Source: Octopus vulgaris (lineage: Eukaryota). From it: a DNA stretch of 64,000 nt. Positions 54,700-64,000 of this stretch are shown here, one piece after another; position 1 is the first letter of the stretch; each line of letters opens with the position of its first letter. Below the pieces are notes generated by a model. That model was not told the origin of the DNA and searched no databases. It worked only from the letters and a program-made list of their open reading frames with translations. The position numbers and the translations under genes are program-made. The stretch is from the NCBI GenBank assembly GCA_951406725.2, contig OX597825.1:55552001-55616000 (forward strand). The letters are read 5' to 3'.

Positions 54700-55400
54700 A
54701 ATGAATGACTCATCAAGAGTCAGCTCAAGGATAAGAAGGAATGGACAAGGTATGTCACAAAAGACAGTACCTCTTTACCTGACGAGTTTATCCCAGAAAG
54801 GGTGTGAAGAAAGAGAGACATACCTCTGTTTTTTGTTAAAGAGATGGTGCTGCCATATGTCTTTGATAGAGGAACTGTAAAAATTTCTAGCTGATGTGTA
54901 ATCAGGATATGCTTCATTGACTAGGACAGAACATATGGAAGAGTGAACCTAATATCCAGGAGAGTGAGTTAGACAACAAAATGGAGCTTGTGCTCCATAT
55001 ATCTGCCCCTTGGCTAATGTCACAATTTATGGAAAGTGGAAATATTAAGCTCTTGGTGAGGTTTATAGGCAAAGATATTATCATGGACTTCAATGCTTGG
55101 TTAATCATCACCTTTGAGCAAAAGTATGAAAGTATGATAAAAGTGAAAGTGAATAACAATATGTAGTTGGGTGAAGTCTGCAGGGTCATTTCAGCTCCTG
55201 ATAACCTTACTAACCACAAAACTATCACAGAGCTGTACTTCACAGGGGGACCAGATGTGATGTCAGTTACTTTAGGCTTAATAGTAAAAAACACTCACAT
55301 AGGATCCAGAAATGCAAGTGACAGAGATAGCGGCAGTCCATAAATGTGATACTCATGGCAGTTACAACCAATATTCTCAGAGCTACACCAAGTGGATCTC
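54700..55400 (+). pseudogene. Highly decayed non-LTR retrotransposon APE endonuclease (RTE-like)
   Basis: IRRNGQG (cf. ETRWxGxG), LHISAP (cf. IxxYAP), KDIIMDFNAW (cf. IIxGDFNA) in the expected order. Confidence 0.45.
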
Positions 55401-55864
55401 TGAGCACAACCAGAGTGGAAGCATATGAAGTTGTCTCACTCTCAGTATCACCAAAACAATATTTAAATACCTGCTGCAAGGCACACATCTGTATGACAGA
55501 GTGTAAGTCCCTAACAAGAATGGAAAACCACATCTTTACTGCTCATGGTTCAGAGCATGAACAAGAAATGGTATTATTCAAAACTGAGTTGCTGCCATCA
55601 TGTATGTATATACACGTGTGTGTATGTGTGTGCATGTATGTTTGTGTGTACATATGTATATGTATGCATATGTATATATATATGCATATGTACAGATTTA
55701 TATATGCGTATACACACATACATATGTACATATGTATAGATGTGTATATGTGTATATATTATATATATATATATATAAGCATATATACATCATGTATATA
55801 TGTATTGAGATAGAAAGATAAACATCTGTATATGTATATATGTATGTATGTATATATGTATGTA

Positions 55865-55895
<31 letters not shown>

Positions 55896-56913
55896 ATGTA
55901 TGTATGTATGTGTGTGTATGTATATATATATATATATATGTGTGTGTATATATGTATGTATGTATATATGTATGTATGTTTGTATAAATTGTACTTCTAA
56001 GAAAATACTATCAGTAACAAATAACTTCAACTATCACAAATCCTGTTAATTGTAATTAGATACTTATATAATTTAGTTTAATTACTTAGAAAATAGTTAG
56101 TTCATTAGTAAAGTATTGCAATTGAAGAATGAGACTAAACAATATTGGTTATATTCATCAAAGATTGGAAACCTACTCTCTGATCAAAAATGCTATATTT
56201 TTTTCCCTCATTCCGATTACATCGCAAGAAAGATGTAAAGGGAAGATTAAAAAACAAAGAGGCAAAACAGTGCATAAAACTACCAATGTACTGCCAAAAA
56301 TATTTTGCCTGCTTTCCAGACCAAAATAGTATTCACTTCTTTCTGAAATTAATAAAAAAAAATGTATTTTGTATTACTCTTACTTTTTTTCATACTTTAT
56401 TTCTTTTTGATTCCGGACGAAGGTGGAGAAGGTTGTGAAATACATGTACTTGTTTTCTGCATTAATTTCTTCCATTATCGTAACTTATTTTCGGAAACTT
56501 TGGATTGGCGAGTTAAAACTGAAGAATTTTCTATGGCGAGATAATGAATGAAAGAGTTGCAATAATTCTATTATCACAGTATGGAAGTGTTGGCTTCTAC
56601 TTTGGCAGACGTAATTATCTGGCATTCATTGAAAATGACCAAAAATTATCAGGGTTCTTATGAAACACCCCACACAATATAGTAATAAAAACGAAAATAA
56701 TAACGATGATGATGTTGATGGTGATGATGATAATAATAATAATAATAACAATAACTGAAAGAGGATACAATTACAGACACAGCAAAAGTAAATAGATTGC
56801 TAGTACTACAATACTGTTGCTCAAAAATACAAAACCTTTTAAAATGCTCAAAATTGATAACAAGCAATCAATATATTTATATCTCTATCAACACATATAT
56901 ATATTCACATACA

Positions 56914-56955
<42 letters not shown>

Positions 56956-58604
56956 GATTGTTATCATCATCATCATCAAACATCACCTGATATGAGTAAT
57001 TGCATCATGTGCACTCCATGAGTAGCATTAGACTGACGCACTAAATCCTTTTCAATGAACTTCAGCAAGTAGCAGGAGGTAATGTGAGTGCCACATGGCC
57101 ACATGTGATACAACACATGAGACACCAACAGAAACAAAATATGAAGAGCACCTAAACCCAGAGAGAAACACTTCAGAAGACAGCACTTTATAGCATTTCA
57201 TCATCCAGATCAGCCTAGAATATTTTTGAAGAACACAATGAAAGGAATGAAAATGATAATGACTGTGATGAAAGGCCTGCCAACACCGGGGAAAGGTGTC
57301 GATGACTATCAGATATGGTCTCTGTGGAAAATAGCCCCTCACAAAAAACAGCTTTAATAACCGTCACAAACATTGGTATAAGTGAGAAAGCACAAATGAA
57401 GGAATAAATACTAAGAAATGAGAAAATCACTACTGCTGCTAATGACATACATACATGCATACGTACATACATATGCAAATTCTTAATTCATATGCCGCAA
57501 ATGATCATGATATCAGGAACTATAAAAATCTGCAAGACCTTCTTAAGATTTAAAGGACGATGGTTAAAACAGGATGCTCTCCTTCACAACCTTGCTACCA
57601 AGTAGGTGGTTAGCCAAAATTTACTCTAAATTACAAAGAGAAAGTGAAGGACATACATACATAGATATGTGTGTATGTAATGTATATAATGTATATTATG
57701 TATGTATTATCTATCTATCTATCTAGCTAGCTAGCTATCTACCTATATATCTACCTATATATATATATATATATATTGTGTCTGTACATGTTGTTAAAAT
57801 GCAACCTGCAGCATAGTATTTTTGAAGTGCAATGTGATGGGTCATTATATACAGAGCTTATTAAATGTATGTTTCTCATGGGAGTTCATGTAAGGGGATG
57901 GGGGAAGATTAAATGGTGAAATGCCTGGAGATGAGAGGGTAAATGACTATATATAAAAAAAATGTATCAATGAAAAATTTGGCACCAAGTAAGCTCTTAT
58001 TTGGAATAACAATCATCAAAGCATTCTGGCTTGGACAATTTGTACAGATGAATGTGTAATGCGTTTCTAATCAGTAATCAATCAGATCTTAACGATTAAT
58101 CATATTTTAATACATTTATGAATATTTTTGCTTGTATATTGTTATGGTACTTCCCTACTTCAATCGTTTGAACTATCAGTAATGTAAAATTCAGAATTAC
58201 ACGATTCATCTCTACCTGATGTTGTGTAAACTCAAACATTTATCAAATCACATTATACACATAAACACATACATTCATAGATATATATATAATTATTATA
58301 TATACACACATGCATGTATAGGCACACACACACACACATGTGCACAAACAAACAAAAAGGAATGCAGTGTGAACAACGGACAGAGTCAAAATTATTGAAA
58401 AGGTTGCAAGATGCAATGAAAATTTCAGAAAAATAAAAAAGAAATAAGAGGAAATTTTACCGGTGAGTGTGTTACATTATAAGGCACTAAAAGAGAATGA
58501 CTCTCCCTTGATACAACAGAATATTATATATAGATATGATACAAAAAAATGTGAAGACAAGGTAAAGAAGACAACAAACAAGGTGTATTCATGAAAATGG
58601 GAAG

Positions 58605-58645
58605 AAGTCTAACATTTTGAGCATACGTTCTTCTTCAGAAAGGCT
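58605..58645 (-). ncRNA. CpG-decayed minimal hammerhead, same family as 27000
   Basis: Minus strand cttt-CTGAAGA-agaacgtatgctc-AAAATGT-tagac; neighbouring sequence matches 27060-27110. Confidence 0.5.
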
Positions 58646-59049
58646 GAATGAAGTGAGAAAAGAACAAGCATCTCTCATGCTTTTGCACTGTTTCCATCTT
58701 CCAGATTCTTTTCCAAGGTATTGGTCAGCCAATTCCATTACCCGAATAAAAAAACCAGCCTGCACATACTTAAACAAACACACACACATGTACACTCATA
58801 TTTACATATGTGGTTTGGTAGTTATTGTTTGATAATGTAATAGTTGCTAGCCATGATTCCTGTAACCAAATCTGTTCAGCCATAACCACAAATATTTTTG
58901 TTTTTACTGAGACATAATGTATCCTGGAATACATTATCCAATGTATCCTTTCTTTTGTAACATGGTATGATATCATTTCATTTCAGCATTAGCTGATGTT
59001 TCTAGCATAAAAGCATAGATGCTTTTCCTTGAGCTCATGCTAGCTATAG

Positions 59050-59722
59050 TTCTGTAGTTGATGTTTAATCCCAGGTTAGATCACATCTGTCAAACCTTTG
59101 AGCAAAGCTATTCCAATCCTGACCATCACATCCTTTGTTCTAGTTCTACATTATCGGATGGAAGTGTTACTTAAAATAGATTTTGTTGCTATTTCTAGCA
59201 AACTGAATAACCACTTTCAGGCAACTTAAAGGACTCATAGTTTATATATCGACTGTTGCTATAATTCATATTGGTGACTATAATAATAGTAGACCTATGA
59301 TCAAAGACATTCCACTAGTGGCCATTCCATCTTCCATTCAGAAATGGTGCTTCTAGGAATGCATTATATGATATATACTTCCTTTCTTTTAAGACAGTAC
59401 ATTAGGATTTGAGGGAGATTTTAGCTGCTATTCTTGCAGATGACATGCAGCAGTTTTATCATTGGTTGTTGTTGTTGTGACTGTGGCTGTGGTATTTTAG
59501 TGCTGTTGTAATTCTTCAAGTTAAGGTGTAAAACTTGTTTAAACAAACCTATGATCAAAAATATTCCATCTATGGCCATCACATCTTTTTAAGGTATTAC
59601 ATAACCTGTACTAAATTTTTCCATTTCATTCTTCTCTTTGAATAGTGAAACAGAGTGAGATCTGAGGGAAATTTAGCTGTTATTTCTAGTAGGTTGAGTG
59701 GCCATAGAAGCTTCCTTCATTA
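59050..59722 (+). repeat. Three diverged tandem copies of a ~230-bp dispersed repeat (family E)
   Basis: acctatgatcaaa...attcca...gccatc and gagggagattttagctgctatttctag repeated; fragments also at ~45070-45200 and ~45850-45920. Confidence 0.6.
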
Positions 59723-60687
59723 CTTTTGCTGTTGCTATTGGTGGTCGTGGTGGTGGTGATGTTGGTGGTAATGGTACTGGTGGTGGTGGTGGTCTTGGTG
59801 TTGTCAGTGCTGTTGTATTTATACGATGTGTTTTTGTTAATTAGAACAATTTCACTAATGATTCAAGATTACCATTTATTACATTCCATTCACAGAGACT
59901 GCACACTCCCACCACTCCCACCACCACTACCACCTTCACCATCACCAACACCGACGCTACTACCCAGCCACCCACCACCGCATCAGTCATCACCAACACC
60001 ACTACAATAACAACAACAACAACAACAGCACCTACCTCAACCACTATTGCTATGACTGCTACCACCATCACTACAACTACAGCACTAACCATCACCACCA
60101 CTAACATTACAGCTACAACCATCACCACTACTGTCACAAAAACCACCTCTACCATAACTATAATGACAACATTACCATGACCACCACCATAACAACCCCC
60201 ACCACCATCATCACGGCCACCAAATCTACCATTACTACCTCCCCCACAACTTCTAATGATGTAGTCTCTACTACTCTGTCACCACTACAAGAATTGTACC
60301 TACTCTATGCTCCACACGCATACATATGCACACATCCACACACACACATTCACATGCACATATTCATACATTCACACACACACATTCACATACATACATT
60401 GACATGCACACATTCACCCCTCAGAAACACAAACACATACACATGCATGCACGCACGCACACATTCATACATTCACATGCACACGTTCACACACATATTC
60501 ACACACACATTCATACATACACACACACATTCATATGCACATAGATGCATACTTTACTCTCAAACACAAATGAGAAAATGTCTCCCCTTCTCTCTCTTTC
60601 TCCCTTCCTTTCACACACACACAGATATACATAGGCACATACACAAGCACACAAACACACACACACATACACACACACACACACACT

Positions 60688-61030
60688 CAGAAACCCCAAA
60701 CACATGCATTGTTCAGTCTCTCTATTTCTTTTACCACCTTCTCCCTCTCTTTCTCTCACACACACAATCATACACAGGCACACATACACACACACAAACA
60801 TACACAGGCACACATACACACACACAAATATACACAGGCACACATACACACAAATATACACAGGCACACATACACACACACAAACATACACAGGCACACA
60901 TACACACACACAAATATACACAGGCGCACATACACACACACACACACATATATATATACACTCACAGAAAATCCAAACACATGATGCATTATTCAGTCTC
61001 TCTGTTTCTTTCAACTTCTCTCTCTCACAC
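60688..61030. repeat. 24-bp minisatellite (cacacaaatatacacaggcacata) between two copies of a ~45-bp unit
   Basis: cagaaaccccaaacacatgcattgttcagtctctct at 60688 and a close copy at 60965. Confidence 0.75.
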
Positions 61031-61424
61031 ACACACACACACACCTGTAAACACAGACACAAACATGCACACACATACAGATGAAGTCACTTGCACATAC
61101 ACAAATCTCTTTCAATATGTAACATGCAAACTTGTTCAAGAGAATACCATTGTGTTGTGGAATATCAGCAGAATCATAAAGCCTTTGAGTTGTAGGTTCA
61201 ATTGCAGCCTGATCCATTTAATTTTCACATACGCCTTGCACCAGAAATTTCTGATCGTAAACAATGCCAATAATCTGGAAATGGATTAATGCCACTGTGC
61301 TGACCTTCCCCTGAATGTGGTACATGAAAAGGACACGAACCATGGAGGGATGGAGGTTTTTAAATAGTCACTGATACTGCTAAAAATAACAGCTAAATTG
61401 CTCTCATATAATTCTTTTATTATT

Positions 61425-61648
61425 TTACTTGTTTCAGTCATTTGACTGCAGCCATACTAGGGCAATTCCATAAAGGGTTTTTAGTTAAAGAAATCAGGCC
61501 CAGGATTTATCATTTGTAAGCCTAGTACTTATACTATTAGTTTCTTTTGCTGAACTGCTAAGTTACAGGAATGTAAGCACACCAGCATTGGTTGTCAAGC
61601 AACGGCAGGGAAACAAATACACACACGCATACATATGCACATACACAA

Positions 61649-61700
<52 letters not shown>

Positions 61701-61756
61701 ATACATACATACATACATACATACATACATACATACATACATACATACATACAAAC

Positions 61757-61801
<45 letters not shown>

Positions 61802-61930
61802 AAATGGGATTCTTTAAGTTTCTCTCTGACAAATCTACTTACAAGGTTTTGGTTATCCTGAGGTACCATGCAGTGGGACTGAACCTAGAACCATGTGGTT
61901 AGGAAGCTTCTCACCACACAGCCATGCCTG
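61425..61930 (-). mobile_element. CORE-like SINE family A
   Basis: tacttgtttcagtcatttgactg ... cagtgggactgaacc ... ccacacagccatgcc. Confidence 0.85.
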
Positions 61931-62751
61931 GAAGGATGAAGCAGAAAATGGTAGTTCTAGATATTGCTAAAATTATGGAATGGTTACTGCTGAAATGCCT
62001 TTGATAATGGATCTGTTTGATCAGATCGGACAACAGTGTGAAAGGAAAAAACCTTCAATTCTGAACCAAACATTGCAGTTTTATTGGAGAAGAATTTTTC
62101 ACCAAGGGCTACCATCATGTAAAAGTTTAAAAATTGCTATATGGTAAGAATTTTGCTTCCCAACCAGATGGTTTTGGGTTCAGTTCCATTGTGTGGCTCT
62201 TTGGTCAAGTGTCTTCCACTATAACTTAGACTGCCAAAGCTTTGTGAGTGACCTTGATAGATGGAAACTAAAAGAAACCTGTTATGTATATATATGTTGC
62301 TTAAAACGTGAAGATTTAAATAACTCTTATAAATCCTTTAGATTAACTCTGATGAGTGAACTACAGATGATCGTTATGGTTGGAATTAACTCACCCATAC
62401 CAACCTATATCTTCTCAAAATGGCCATCAGACTTTGCACCTGCTCAAGATTCCTTTTAAAATCATTTTCATACCAATTTTCTCATCAATTTGGATTACTG
62501 CTATATATTCACCATCCTCATACTTTAATATCCTCATTGATTTTAAAACAGACATACAACCTTGCAAGTACATTTCGGTATCTTTTTTATATATATTTAT
62601 ATATTTTTATATAATATCTTGTGTATATGAATGCCCCTAAGTATGCTGTGGAGTATTCTGACGCTTTGAAATATATTGAGTGAATTTGAACACTGACCTT
62701 TGAAATTTGTTCTCTCTTTCTTGGTTTTATATATATATATATACATATATG

Positions 62752-62794
<43 letters not shown>

Positions 62795-62798
<4 letters not shown>

Positions 62799-63010
62799 CT
62801 TGTGCCAGTGTCATGTTAAAAGCATCCACCACATACTATAAAGTGGTTGGCATTAGGGAGGGTATCCATACATAGAAATGAAGCCAAATCAGATTGGAAT
62901 CTGGTGCGGCTCTCTGGCTGGCCAGCTCATCAAATTGTCCAAGCCATGCCAGCATAGAAAACAGATGTTTAAGGATGATGATGATGATGATGACGATGAT
63001 GATGATGATG
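62795..63010 (+). mobile_element. RTE LINE 3' end (family C) inside a split SINE A (62140-63235)
   Basis: gtggttggcattagggagggtatcc...catgccagcat...gatgatgat. Confidence 0.7.
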
Positions 63011-63469
63011 ATGACGATAATGTATGTAATGTATGTCTTTATGTTTGTACCAGTTACCCCAACACTTGACAACTGGTTTGGTTTGTTTGTGTTTAAGTAA
63101 CTTAGTAGTTCAGCAAATTAGACTGATGGAATGAGTACCAGACTTTGGGAAAAATTACTACTTTAATAAAACCTTTCAAAGCAGAACTCCAGAATGGCCA
63201 CAGTCCAATGACCAAAACAAGTAAAAGATAAAAGATATAAAATAACTGTAAATATTGTGAGTTTGAATAAGTTTTTATGTTGTTGGGGAAGAAACAGAAT
63301 CCTCTGTCTTTTCAATGAAGGATAAATTATGAAATACTTGATTCCATTTCTTCACACATCATACTATAAGCATCAACATTCCTTCAGATTCAGTATTTTT
63401 ACCATCTTCTAATTTCTATTTGTTTTGGTTGTTCAATTGTGCTCATGCTGGGTAGCTCAACAAATAAAA

Positions 63470-63797
63470 CCCAGTATTTATTTGTTAGTCTGGTACTTTT
63501 GCCAAACCACTAAGTTACAAGGATGTAAACAAACCAACATTGGTTGTCAAGTGGTGGTGAGAGACAAACATACTACAACTACAAAGAAACATGCACACAT
63601 ACATACATACATATGTGTGTGTGTGCATATGTGAATATATGACGGGCTTCTTTTCAGTTTCTATCTACCAAATCCACTCACAAGGCTCTGGTCAGCCCAG
63701 GGCTATAGTAAAAGACATTTATCCAAGGTGATGCACAGTGGGACTGATCTCATGACCTCATGGTTGGGAAGCAAGTTTCCGAACCACACAACCATGT
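63470..63797 (-). mobile_element. CORE-like SINE family A
   Basis: ttggttgtcaag ... gacgggcttctttt ... cagtgggactg ... ccacacaacc. Confidence 0.8.
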
Positions 63798-64000
63798 GTT
63801 TCAAACAATCAAGATTTGACTATTTTAATGGCTAAATTTAATTTAATTTAATTTATTTCTTTGAAGAGGTGATTGGCTTTAATTTTAAGGGTTAAAGTTT
63901 GAATAATTAATTAATCTACAATTACTCATTTTTAAGTAGGAGTTTATTGTTTTCTTTAGGGGATGTGTTTTCTGTAGCAAGGCATGTGTGTGTGTATGTG

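Noticed and set aside
56405-56455. ccggacgaagg...gaaatacatgta as a decayed hammerhead
   Set aside because: Core and stem II too degenerate to support from sequence alone.
60177-61289. Longest ORF (370 aa, Thr/His-rich, mucin-like)
   Set aside because: Made of (ACC)n, (CA)n and a 24-bp minisatellite; overlapping ORFs in other frames; no coding signature.

Overview
AT-rich, microsatellite-saturated eukaryotic DNA with no intact protein-coding gene. Almost every ORF in the supplied track is a translation of (TA)n/(CA)n/(CT)n/(CAT)n/(AAT)n/(GGT)n repeats. The repeat repertoire looks like an octopod cephalopod (Octopus) genome (inference from recalled repeat families; not verified). It comprises a tRNA-derived CORE-like SINE with a central microsatellite, a Nin/Deu-domain SINE with AAT tails, RTE-LINE 3' ends with GAT tails, mariner and maT/DD37D remnants, and TTAA piggyBac-type MITEs. 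The window is probably intronic or intergenic. Main non-obvious signals: (1) a cluster of type I hammerhead ribozyme (HHR) motifs, including a ~98%-identical ~1 kb fold-back (11980-12962) with an intact-looking HHR on each strand, a third HHR just downstream, a decayed Penelope-like reverse transcriptase ~1.5 kb further on, and several decayed HHR cassettes elsewhere, mostly next to (TA)n/(CA)n tracts; (2) a minus-strand AG|GTAAG site that looks like a recursive-splicing ratchet point, plus a few candidate minus-strand exons suggesting a long host intron; (3) several hairpins and inverted repeat pairs that would form dsRNA. All calls were made by eye and element boundaries are approximate.
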